The notes under the pieces are model-generated. The model had not been told where the DNA came from. It did not search any database and saw nothing but the letters and a program-made list of their open reading frames with translations. This document shows, one piece after another, positions 53,836-64,000 of a stretch of DNA of 64,000 nucleotides. Positions within the stretch are counted from its first letter, which is position 1. The number at the start of each line of letters is the position of its first letter. Origin of the DNA: Malacoraja senta (lineage: Eukaryota); the NCBI GenBank assembly GCA_038087875.1, contig CM075977.1, forward strand, positions 205,282,001-205,346,000. The letters are read 5' to 3'. A program made the translations under genes and the position numbers.

Positions 53836-53897
53836 GGGGGAGGGGAGGGGGAGGGGGAGGGGGAGGGGGAGGGGGAGGGGGAGGGGAGGGGAGGGGG
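53836..53897 (+). repeat. (GGGGGA)n tract, potential G-quadruplex
   Basis: About 11 consecutive G4-G5 runs separated by single A. Confidence 0.85.
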
Positions 53898-54518
53898 AGA
53901 GATTGGGCTCCGTGAAGTGGGTTGGAGGTGGGAGGGAGGTGGAATTGCAGCTACTCGACCAACATCTAAGCTTGTGTTTGAAAATAATCAAAGACACTTT
54001 TGCATCCATAGCCAAAAAAATCATGAGCAAGGCAAACCCGACACGCTGACCCCTGCAAGGACCAAATTGTAATTTCAAAGTGAGAAGTCCAGTGAAATAG
54101 CTGAATGTAAAGGTTGGATAAATAAGCAACAGTTTGGCAGTTCATTTGTGGTCTATGAGTTGATTGTATTACCAAACATTTTAAGTTCTGACAGCATGCA
54201 TAAAGCATCTATTGTGTTATTCTGGAATAAGATGGTGTGCAGAAAATAACTGATAGTTCTGAAGTTGAAGTTTGGATTCGAGCCTTACTGCAGAAGCGGA
54301 GTACATAACCACAGGCTGATATTCCAGCAAAGTACTTCGGGAATGCCATATTATCAGATGTTACTTTACTGATAATTATGTCTGTCTGTCATTTTGTCCA
54401 GTGTTTTGTTCCTTGTTAAGGATTTTAAGATTTTATTCAGAGATCAAAGATTTCTCCCAACATTCTGGCCAAATTAACCCAACATCCAGCTGAGCAAATC
54501 TAATTTAACTATTCAATT

Positions 54519-54809
54519 GGGCAGCACAGTGGCACAACACTAGAGTTGCTGCCTCACAGCTGCAGAGACCCAGGTTCGATCCTGACCACAGTTGCTGTCC
54601 GAATTGAGTTTGCACATTCTCCCCGTGCTCGCGTGGGTTTTTTCCAGGTGCTCCGATTTCCTCCTACATTCCAAAGATGTGCAGCTTTGTTGGTCTCTGT
54701 AAATTATCCTTAGTCTGCAGGATAGAACTAGTATATGGGTGATTACTGATCAGCACAGACTTGATGGGCCAAAGGACCTGTTTCCACACTATCCCTAAAA
54801 CTAAAACTA
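54519..54809 (+). mobile_element. HE1-like SINE, apparently nested in an older DeuSINE-like remnant (~54255-54910)
   Basis: A/B boxes (gtggcacaacactag; ggttcgatcc) and a ctaaaactaaaa tail. Confidence 0.78.
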
Positions 54810-55813
54810 ATCATCTTATGTGCAGTTTGACTGCTGCAACTGTACAGCTACAACTGCACGTTTAATGCTTCTCAATCAGTGAATTGCATTCGAAAGACAT
54901 CCTGAGATGTAATTGCATGTTGTTCCTCTGTCTCTTTTATAAAGAAAGTTGATGTCTTTCATTTGGCAGTAATTTGGGGAGAATGCAAAAATAAAATTGT
55001 AGTGAATAATGCAAGCAAGTTGGCAACATGTTACATTTCAAGCAAAACACCCAAAGTGCAGGAGTAACTCAGCAGATCAGGTAGCATCTGTGAGGACATA
55101 GGTTCCAACAAAGACAATGCCTAGCTATCTCAGATTGGAGCCTTCTTCCATTGATGCTGCCCGACCCACTGGGTTATTCCACCACTTTCTGTTTCGTTCA
55201 AGATTCCAGCATCTGCAGTTCCTTGTGTCAACATGTTTTATTTGTCAGGTTAAGTGACATTGTGCGTTTGAGTAAATTATGCCACAGAGACTATAAAAGT
55301 AAGGTAGGTGACCAATAAACTACGAGGTGACACTTCAGTGGATTTTGCGCCCTATAAACCTGTGGCTTAATTGGGGTCAGTTGGGAACATTTAATAATTG
55401 CTGTCAGAAGATTAAATTTATTTTGCATTTTCATAGAACTGCTGCAGGGTAGAGTTAAACGAATTGTCATCAGAGGTTTAAAAATGAACAAGGGTTTAAT
55501 TAGGCTGATTAGAATGCTAGAAAAGTGAGATGAGGTAATCGAATATTTAACTTCCCATGCAGAGTTAAGGTATACTGTAGGATAATGTCCTCCTTGTAAA
55601 TGCCTTTTTGGGGAATGTTGAATAAAACAGTTGAAGCCTAACATGACTAATATAAAAAATAAAACTATATCATGTGTTCTTGTGTACAAGACAACTTCAA
55701 TATGATCAACATAAAATTATTATTCATGATCATCAAAAGTTAATTTAACATTATAAAATTCTGGTGAACAAAATGATCAACTTTAGAATTTAATGTCCAA
55801 TAAGTATATATTC

Positions 55814-55943
55814 CTGTGTAGGAAGGAACTTCAGATGCTGTTTTAAACCGAAGATAGACAAAAAAGCTGGAGTAACTCAGCAGGTCAGACATCTCTGGAG
55901 AAAAGGAATAGGTGACGTTTCGGGTCGAGACCCTTCTTCAGAC
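55814..55943 (-). mobile_element. Penelope-type repeat with intact hammerhead core at 55914-55941
   Basis: Minus strand reads GGGT-CTGAAGAAGGGTCTCGACCCGAAACGTC-ACCT. Confidence 0.72.
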
Positions 55944-56089
55944 CCTTTTCAATTCAACCAATACATTTCTGTTAACAATTTATCCATTTCATTCTTCATG
56001 AATTATCAAAAGGTATTTTTGACTGCCCTAATCATGCCAAGAGTTTAAGCTCCTGCGACTGATGTAACACATCAACATTTAAAAAAATA

Positions 56090-57070
56090 AGTTCATAAGA
56101 CATTGGAGCAGAATTAAGCCATTCGGGCCATCGAGTGTGCTCCACCATTTGATCATTGTAGATCTATTTTTTTCCCCCTCAAACCCATTCTCCTGACTTC
56201 TCCCCATAATCCCTGACACCCTTATTAATCAAGCACTGTGCCCTATGGTCATAGACTCATTACAGGAAACATCCTCTCCACATTCACTCTATCTAGGTCT
56301 TTCAGTTTTTGGTAGGTTTCAATGAAGTCCTCCCTAATTCTTCTAAACTCATGAATACAGGTCCCGAGCCATCAAATGCTACTTGTATATTAACCCAATC
56401 ATCCCGGGATCATTCTGGTAAATTACTTCTGGACCCTCTCCAACTCCAGCACATCCTTCCTCAGATATGGGGCGCTATGGTTTGGTTTGCTTCCCTTTTA
56501 TGGTTGGTATATTGAGTGTAAGAGACAAAGAGTCATTGTGCAGCTTTTTCGGAGTTTGGTTAAGCACATTTGTGGTATTGTAGGCAGTTCTGGTTGCCCC
56601 ATTATAGTAAGGATGTGGAGCCTTTGAAAGGGGTGCAAAGGATGTTTACCAGAATGATGCCAGGATTAGGGTCTGCAGGGAGAGGTTGGATGGACTTGGA
56701 TTATTTGCTCTGGATCGCTAGAGGTTGCAAGGAGCCATGATAATTGTGCTTAAAATTATGAGTCATAGATAGGGTAGACAGAACTTTTCCCCAGGATACT
56801 ATAGGGCATAGTTTTAAGATGAAAGGGGCAAAGTTTAAAGAAGATGTGCTGGGTATGTTTTTTTATGCAAAGAGTGGTGAGTGCTGGGAAAGATGTTGGA
56901 GGCAGCTACAATAGTGGCATTTAAGATACTTTTGGATAAACACGTGGATATGCAGAGAATGAAGGGATTTGGATTATTTGCAGATAGATGAGTACTGCTT
57001 GGCATCATGATTGGCACAAACATTGTGCGCTGACAGGCCTGTTGCTGTAATGTACTGTTCTATGTTCTAA
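56090..57070. mobile_element. Back-to-back CR1/HER1 fragments (- at 56090-56470, + at ~56480-57070)
   Basis: Similarity to 5868-6245 and to CR1 3' ends. Confidence 0.65.
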
Positions 57071-57447
57071 CAAAACAAAATATTATAAATATCAATTAAG
57101 CATTTTTATTTTATTTTGATATTTATTATTGATATTTATATTATTTTGATATTGGCATTCAGTGGTTAAGTGTTGTTTGTCATTCTACATTTGTGGGTTA
57201 CAGCTGAGTGTCAGTGATCAGAATGCCATTTTTGTGATTTGCTGTGTGGCAGATTGTAATTAGGCATATCTCACTTGTAATCCCCATGCTTTCTTTCAAC
57301 ATGACTCTGAGGTGAAAGCATCAATAGGCAGGTGTCAGTTATCAGCAAAATACCTGATGGAGGATGAACTCACCAGGGCACACTAAAGAAGTTACTAATA
57401 AGCAGGAATGCAACATTAGAGCCCCTAAGGCTTTTCCACAAATTGCT

Positions 57448-57620
57448 AAGTGTTAAAGAAGGAACTGCAGATGCTGGAAAATCGAAGGTACACAAAAATG
57501 CTGGAGAAACTCAGCGGGGAAATTCAGAAGAAGGGTTTCGGCCCGAAACGTTGCCTATCTCCTTTGCTCCATAGATGCTGCTGCACCCGCTGAGTTTCTC
57601 CAGCATTTTTGTGTACCTTC
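57448..57620. mobile_element. Fold-back Penelope-type insertion with 14-bp flanking duplication
   Basis: An inverted partial copy plus a direct copy. ttccacaaattgct occurs at 57434-57447 and 57618-57631. Confidence 0.75.
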
Positions 57621-58130
57621 CACAAATTGCTTCCAGGAGATTTAAAATCTGCGCTGCATACTTGTATTGGTGTCCAGTCAGTATACGGTGTGATGTCTCA
57701 TAATTTCTGATCATTATGGTTGTTTGTACAATAACATGAAGAGCAAATTATTTTGAGATAATTAGGAGTTAGTGGTTACTTTGAAAACAATGTGTAATAT
57801 TATTTTCAATTATACTCTGAAGATATGCTTCATATGTACTATGGGCTATAGCTATGTTTTGTTATATATACAATGGGTAATTCAATGTCACCTTAAACTA
57901 TGCAATAGTAATGTTATCTGTGGCACATTTTTTGTCATGTGCCTGTCACAGTAAGTGATCCTAGAGCATGAGTAATAATCACAATCAACTGGAACTGAGG
58001 CCACACATGGAAGTAAATCCAATTAGAATAGTGTTGTTGAGTAACCAGGATGGAGAGGAAACAAATGTAAAGGAGCGAAGATCTAGTAACTAGCTGGGTT
58101 TATCAGTTGTCAGAGGTTTAGTTTAGAGAA

Positions 58131-58546
58131 CTGGGCAGTGGGCAGGTGCAATAGACCTGCACGGGAAGGTAGACGCTCCCGCCCCCATGAGTCTCGGGCA
58201 GATGGGGCTCGTCAGCCTGGGAAGGCAGTCCATCTAAGAGAGGGAAAACTGATTTAAAACCTCCACTGCCTTGTGGCCATATCCAGTATTGTAAAAGGAT
58301 CCAGGAGTAAACCTCAAGAAAATCCAGAGTCTGAGCCCCTAAGTCGTTGTCTACAATCTCGCTCTGGCAGCTCCTGCGACGGCACTGGTGCCAAACTGTA
58401 ACGGCCCTGCTGTTCCTTTGGATCGATCAGCGATGTGGAGAGGGGGGACGTGCTGCATGGGCAACAGCCTGTTCTCCATATGACATCGCCCAGGCTTGCA
58501 TCCAACCAGGATGCATCACCTATGGTCAGTCATGACCGAGGTGGGC

Positions 58547-58587
<41 letters not shown>

Positions 58588-58924
58588 GCTACTACTTCTA
58601 CATTGTGCCTTCCCCCACAGTGGTAATCATTGTGGGGGGATGATTTTTGTGTGTTGTGTCAATGTTAGTCTGTGTTCAAGATGGCGGTCGGAGGGGAGAG
58701 TGGACGCTGGCGCGGTTTAGCTGCCGCTGCTCTCTCCTCAAATTGTGTTTCTGATTTTCTTTTTTTGTGTCTTTGGAAAGAATTCTGTCCTTAATTTGTG
58801 TATTGGTCTTTATAATTTATTTTATTCCGATTATATGTTTCCTATTTGTCAATCTCTGTAAGGTGTCCTTGAGACCTCGGTATAAGGCGCCCGTAAATAA
58901 AAGCTATTATTATTATTATTACTT
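58131..58924 (+). mobile_element. Composite retro-insertion: RTE-like non-autonomous element with (CTA)n tail fused to an L2-tailed fragment with (TAT)n tail
   Basis: 10-bp TSD GTTTAGAGAA at 58121-58130 and 58925-58934. Internal (CTA)n at ~58547-58600. Confidence 0.65.
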
Positions 58925-59226
58925 GTTTAGAGAAGCAGCATAGAAACAGCCCCTTTGGCCCAGTGAGTCCAGGCTGACCATTGGTCACCCATTTGCACTA
59001 GTTCTGTAATCCCACTTTCTCAACCACTCATTGCACATTTGGAGCAATTTTTGCAGAGGCTAATCAACCTAAAAACTTGCATGTATTTGGGAAACCAGAA
59101 CACCTGCAAGAAACTTACTTGGTCACAGGGAGAACATGCAGACTCCACACAGACAGCACCCGAGCTCAGGATCGAATCGGGGTATCCAGCGCTGTGAGGC
59201 AGCTGCTCTAACAACGGTGCCACCCT
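58925..59226 (-). mobile_element. HE1-like SINE whose tail is interrupted by the composite insertion
   Basis: Reverse complement of the 35836/54519 family. The rest of the tail (gtttagtttag) is at 58116-58126. Confidence 0.72.
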
Positions 59227-59368
59227 AATAACGCAGCCAGTGGAGTTAGGAAAGTTCAGCAGCCAGCAGAATTGCAGCAGCTGGAACAGTTGATGTCTCC
59301 AACAACCAGGATTCCAGCCTGACCTTGAGCACTGTGTAAGTGCAAATTGTCTGTTCTACTAACCTAAG

Positions 59369-62300
59369 ATGGCGGCGGCGCGGGCACATCGCGACGCCCC
59401 GTGTCTCCCAAGAACCCGAGAAATTGGGAAAATAGCGACAATTCCCCTACCTGTCTCAAGGCTGCTCACACGGAGCAGTCTTGCATCCCTTTCGTACAGC
59501 CGACAGGAACTTCTGGACTTCGGTTCCTGCGGCTGCAACAACTTTCTGCTCGATCTCCGTCTCGCTCCTGAGCTAGTCAGAGCAGTGGAGCAGCGGAGCC
59601 GCGGGGCAGTAGAACGGCAGCGAAACCGCGGGGCGGAACAACGGCAGCGGAGCCGCGGGGCGGTAGAACGCCAGCGGAGCCGCGGGGCGGTAGAACACCA
59701 GCGGAGCCGCGGGGGCGCGGGGCGGCAGAACACCAGCGGAGCCGCGATGCTGCGGGGCGGCAGAACACCAGCGCGCACCAAGCCAGCTCGGCCGACCGGA
59801 AGCACCAACAGACGGCGACGTGAACGAAAGCACCGCCGGGGACGCAGAGGTGGGTTAAAGGCCAGGTTAGAGCTCGCCCCACACAGGCTAGCGATTCCTA
59901 GCCTTTTCCTCGCCAACGTGCGCTCACTGGTTAACAAAATGGACGAACTCCGGCTAAGGATCACCTCCCACAACTGGATCAAAGACTGCAGCATCTTGAT
60001 CCTCACTGAAACTTGGCTCAACACCGACGTTCCTGACAGCGCCATCCAGCTAACGGGGTGGCATTTACTCCGAGCGGACAGGACAATTGACTCCGGTAAG
60101 ACCAGAGGTGGAGGTCTGTGCATTTATGTAAACAAAGCATGGTGCACGGACACCACCATCATCGAGAGTCACTGCTCAGCTAACCTAGAGTTCCTCTTGG
60201 TTAGATGCAGACCGTTCTATCTGCCCAGAGAGTTTACCTCCACTGTTGTGACTGCAGCCTATATTCCTCCTGATGCTAATGCCAAGCTTGCAATGAAAGA
60301 TCTGCATTCTGCCATTAGCAAACAACAGACTCGCAACCCCGAGGCAGCCTTCATTGTTGCGGGTGACTTCAATCACTCCAACCTGAAGACTGTACTCCCC
60401 AAATTCCACCAACATGTCTCCTTCGCCACTAGAGAAGGCAAGACACTGGACAAAGTCTACACCAACATGGCTGAAGCTTACAAAGCCGTCCCCCTCCCCC
60501 ACCTTGGACAGTCTGATCACCTCTCATTGTTCCTGCTCCCAAAGTACTCCCCACTCATCAGACGGGTTAAACCCACTGTGAGGACAGTTAAAGTCTGGTC
60601 AGAGGATGCGGACTCCACACTTCAGCAGTGTTTTGGAAACACTGACTGGAAGGCGTTTGCAGCCCAGGCCACCCTTGACTCCCACACGGACATTGACTCC
60701 TATACATCATCTGTTCTGGACTTTATAAACTCCACCATCAACAGTGTCACCTCCCTCAAACAGGTGACCATATTCCCGAATCAGAAGCCATGGATGAACA
60801 GCGAGGTCAGGCTACTGCTGAAAGCACGGGACACCGCTTTCAGGTCAGGCGATGCCCGAGCCTATAGTTCATCCAGGGCTAACCTGAAGAAGGGCATAAA
60901 GAAGGCCAAGCACTGCCATAAACTCAGGATTGAGGAGCACTTCAACAACGACTCCGACCCCCGACGCATGTGGCAAGGCATCCAGGCCATCACGGACTTT
61001 AGACCCACCAACACCACCCACACATCCAGTAACGCCTCCTTCCTTGAGGAGCTCAACCACTTCTATGGCCGTTTCGATAGGGACAATCGGCAGTTGGCCA
61101 TCAAGGCGGTGCTCCCTGCCGATCACCAGCCCCTCTCACTCACCCCCTTCGACGTGTACGTGGCACTGAGTAGGACTAATGCACGTAAGGCTGCTGGCCC
61201 CGACGGCATCCCCGGGCGCGTCCTCAGGGCCTGTGCTGCGCAGCTGACAGACGTCTGGACTGACATCTTCAACCTGTCACTTGCCCAAGCAGTTGTGCCC
61301 ACGTGCCTTAAATCCACCTCCATCGTGCCGGTGCCAAAACACTCCACTGCGGCAAGCCTCAACGACTTCCGCCCAGTTGCACTTACTCCCATCATCGCCA
61401 AGTGCTTCGAGAGGCTGGTCCTGGCACACCTCAAAGGCTGCCTACCCCCCACGTTGGATCCCTATCAGTTTGCCTACCGCAAGAACAGGAGTACGGAGGA
61501 TGCCATCTCAACGGCACTTCACTCCGCCCTCTCCCACCTCGACAACAGAGACACTTACGTAAGAATGCTGTTCATCGATTACAGCTCAGCATTCAACACC
61601 ATCATACCCTCTAAACTGATCACCAAACTCGGTGACCTGGGCATCGACCCCTCCCTCTGCAACTGGATACTGGACTTTCTAACCAACAGACCCCAGTCTG
61701 TTAGGTTAGACAAGCACACCTCTTCAACCCTCACCCTGAACACCGGCGTTCCACAGGGCTGTGTGCTGAGCCCCCTCCTCTACTCCCTCTTCACCTACGA
61801 CTGCACACCTGTACATGGTACTAACACCATCATCAAGTATGCAGATGATACAACGGTGATTGGCCTCATCAGCAACAACGATGAGTCGGCCTATAGGGAG
61901 GAGGTCCAGCTCCTAGCAGCATGGTGCGCTGACAACAACCTGGCCCTTAACTCCAAGAAGACCAAGGAGCTCATTGTAGACTTCAGGAAGTCTAGGGGCG
62001 GCATGCACACCCCCATCCACATTAACGGGAGGGAGGTGGAACGTGTTTCCAGCTTCAGGTTCCTGGGGGTCAACATCTCCGATGACCTCTCTTGGACCAA
62101 CAATACCTCAACTCTGGTCAAGAAGGCTCACCAGCGTCTCTTCTTCCTGAGGAGACTAAAGAAGGTCCATCTGTCTCCTCGGATTCTGGTGAACTTCTAC
62201 CGCTGCACCATCGAGAGCATCCTTACCAACTGCATCACAGTATGGTATGGCAACTGCTCTGTCTCCGACCGGAAAGCACTGCAGAGGGTGGTGAAAATTG

Positions 62301-62527
62301 CCCAATGCATCACCGGTTCCTCACTCCCCACCATTGAGTCTGTCCAAAGCAAGCGTTGTCTGCGAAGGGCGCTCAGCATCGCCAAGGACTGCTCTCACCC
62401 CAACCACAGACTGTTTACCCTCCTACCATCCGGGAGGCGCTACAGGTCTCTCCGTTGCCGGACCAGCAGGTCCAGGAACAGCTTCTTCCCTGCGGCGGTT
62501 ACACTACTCAACACTGTACCTCGGTGA
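59369..62527 (+). CDS. APE endonuclease-reverse transcriptase polyprotein (1052 aa)
   Basis: APE motifs LANVRSL, LTETWL, AGDFN, LDKVY, SDH. RT motifs [38 protein letters not shown]-terminal [13 protein letters not shown] block. No stops or frameshifts. Confidence 0.95.
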   Translation: MAAARAHRDAPCLPRTREIGKIATIPLPVSRLLTRSSLASLSYSRQELLDFGSCGCNNFLLDLRLAPELVRAVEQRSRGAVERQRNRGAEQRQRSRGAVERQRSRGAVEHQRSRGGAGRQNTSGAAMLRGGRTPARTKPARPTGSTNRRRRERKHRRGRRGGLKARLELAPHRLAIPSLFLANVRSLVNKMDELRLRITSHNWIKDCSILILTETWLNTDVPDSAIQLTGWHLLRADRTIDSGKTRGGGLCIYVNKAWCTDTTIIESHCSANLEFLLVRCRPFYLPREFTSTVVTAAYIPPDANAKLAMKDLHSAISKQQTRNPEAAFIVAGDFNHSNLKTVLPKFHQHVSFATREGKTLDKVYTNMAEAYKAVPLPHLGQSDHLSLFLLPKYSPLIRRVKPTVRTVKVWSEDADSTLQQCFGNTDWKAFAAQATLDSHTDIDSYTSSVLDFINSTINSVTSLKQVTIFPNQKPWMNSEVRLLLKARDTAFRSGDARAYSSSRANLKKGIKKAKHCHKLRIEEHFNNDSDPRRMWQGIQAITDFRPTNTTHTSSNASFLEELNHFYGRFDRDNRQLAIKAVLPADHQPLSLTPFDVYVALSRTNARKAAGPDGIPGRVLRACAAQLTDVWTDIFNLSLAQAVVPTCLKSTSIVPVPKHSTAASLNDFRPVALTPIIAKCFERLVLAHLKGCLPPTLDPYQFAYRKNRSTEDAISTALHSALSHLDNRDTYVRMLFIDYSSAFNTIIPSKLITKLGDLGIDPSLCNWILDFLTNRPQSVRLDKHTSSTLTLNTGVPQGCVLSPLLYSLFTYDCTPVHGTNTIIKYADDTTVIGLISNNDESAYREEVQLLAAWCADNNLALNSKKTKELIVDFRKSRGGMHTPIHINGREVERVSSFRFLGVNISDDLSWTNNTSTLVKKAHQRLFFLRRLKKVHLSPRILVNFYRCTIESILTNCITVWYGNCSVSDRKALQRVVKIAQCITGSSLPTIESVQSKRCLRRALSIAKDCSHPNHRLFTLLPSGRRYRSLRCRTSRSRNSFFPAAVTLLNTVPR
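59582..59775 (+). repeat. In-frame 27-bp minisatellite
   Basis: Unit gcggtagaacgccagcggagccgcggg (AVERQRSRG), about 5 good copies plus 2 degenerate ones. Confidence 0.85.
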
Positions 62528-64000
62528 CTGCCAATCACACCCCCCCCCCCCCCCCCCCCCCGGACACTCCTCCCACCAGGATTTATTAGATTTATTTATT
62601 TACTGCTCATATTTATGTCGCTCTTCTAGGGAGATGCTAACTGCATTTCGTTGTCTCTGTACTGTACACTGCACAATGACAATAAAGTTGAATCTGAATC
62701 TGTACTGTGACTGCATTGGTTTCCCTGAGTGCTCCGGTTTCTTCCAACATCCCAATGAATTGTAAATTGGGAGATTAATTAGCTAATCTATGTTCCCTAC
62801 TGTGTGGTTGATTGATAGAATCTGGAATGGTTTGATGGGAATGTGACGAGAGGAAGTTACTGTGAAAATTAGTGTGTGAATGGTATTCCTTTGCAATACC
62901 CTCCTAGGTTGTAAAAGGATATGAATGGATGGCACACGGTTCCATGATTTGATGGTGAAGTTTGGAAATAAAGACCATTTTGGAGGTGAATGGTGAACCG
63001 TTAGTTTGATTAAAGAGTTAAGGGGGTAGATTAGAGGTGAGTGGTGGGATAAAGACCGTTGGGCTGTTGGCACATCGGAAGATGGGGGAGGTGGAGGGAG
63101 ATGAGGTAGTGGTTTGGTTCAGTGGATGTAAGGTAATTATGGAATTTGTCAGTCTCTGACATTGTGTCCTGCTGTGAAGTTGTACTTCTATTGTGATTAA
63201 GAAATCTCATCAAAATTAAAACACAACTCCTGATGGTTGAAATTCCAGATTGGTGCAAAGCAATCTGGAATTATTTTACCACTCTATGATGAATGTTCTC
63301 GATCGTATAGTGCAATAGTGAACATTGCTTAACAAACCTATTTTTAAGCTGTTATGTATTGAACAGCAATAAAGATCTGAACTAATTGAATGTTTCCTTT
63401 ATTTTGTTGCTTGATAGGAGTTATCAAAATATTTACAAAACAGTGGCAGACGAGAATGCTGTTTTTTGGCTCTTACACCAGTAAAACAATATTGACATTG
63501 CTTTCGTTTGAAACTAAAAACTTCTTTGCTTTATATACAACAAACATAATCTGCTGCACCCCTCTCCACGTTATCTATCTCCTGTTGAAAATGTTTAACC
63601 TAGCGCAATATAACTACACTGACAAACTTAACAGCTACATAAACAAAGCAGACAGCTGTAAAACATCAATTCAAAGCGTTCTCAAAATGAAGCACCTTTT
63701 GTTCTCTTTTATGTTTAGTTACTTGTGATTGAAGTTCTTACCTTTATTAAATAATTGCTACACATCAAGTGATACGTTTCAAAAATTAAAATTTGAAGCA
63801 GACTGTTTACATAGAAATAAGATTTGTTCTCATAAAAATGCTCCGAGTAGAAACATTAAACATTTTTTTTAGCTGTCACAATTTAAGATTGATATGCATC
63901 CCTTCACTTTTTATTGAAGCTTTCACCTCTCAACATCTAGAGAAGTAACAGTAGGAGAGCCACCTAGAATAGATTATGAATATGAAGCTAGTTCTTACCA

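Larger units (their letters stand above)
59360..62702 (+). mobile_element. Apparently full-length, intact Rex1/Babar-type LINE inserted in a degenerate SINE
   Basis: Single long ORF, and a 3' UTR ending gacaataaag(ttgaatc)(tgaatc)tg. SINE halves lie at ~59300-59350 and ~62703-62800. Confidence 0.88.

Noticed and set aside
53783-54129. RG-repeat and LP-repeat ORFs
   Set aside because: These are translations of the (GGGGGA)n simple repeat.
58131-58300. Possible HDV-like ribozyme at the 5' end of the RTE-like element
   Set aside because: A P1-like pairing exists, but I could not assign P3/L3/P2 in the correct order.
59582-59775. Regularly spaced repeats superficially like a CRISPR array
   Set aside because: No unique spacers, eukaryotic context, and it is an in-frame minisatellite inside a LINE ORF.
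59359-60123. 254-aa antisense ORF in the LINE
   Set aside because: Mirror frame of a GC-rich coding region and minisatellite, with no independent support.

Overview
AT-rich eukaryotic genomic DNA. The HE1-like SINEs, HER1/CR1 LINEs and the abundant 'ctggagtaactcagcggg' repeat point to a cartilaginous fish, probably a skate or ray. I can support no host protein-coding exon, and most ORFs in the track are spurious or transposon-derived. The unique sequence looks like the 5' non-coding part of a MEF2C-type gene on the + strand: a muscle-type promoter and first exon at ~7.25-7.56 kb, CpG-rich promoters at ~10.9-12.3 kb, a non-coding exon at 12842-12937, then a very long intron. The MADS-box coding exon is not in the window. 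That gene call rests on my recollection of mammalian Mef2c sequence and needs BLAST confirmation. The rest is a transposon landscape: an intact Rex1/Babar-type LINE (59.36-62.70 kb), a truncated HERO-like RLE retrotransposon, CR1/L1/L2-tailed fragments, SINEs and three MITE types. The most interesting signals are RNA structures in three unrelated retroelements. (1) A 137-bp TSD-flanked element starts exactly at G1 of a P4-less, CPEB3-like HDV-type ribozyme fold. (2) The HERO-like element's 3' UTR holds a strand-permuted, pseudoknotted hammerhead-like fold. (3) About ten Penelope-type repeats carry minimal dimer-type hammerhead cores and cluster around the CpG promoters. All three folds were assigned by hand and their activity is untested.
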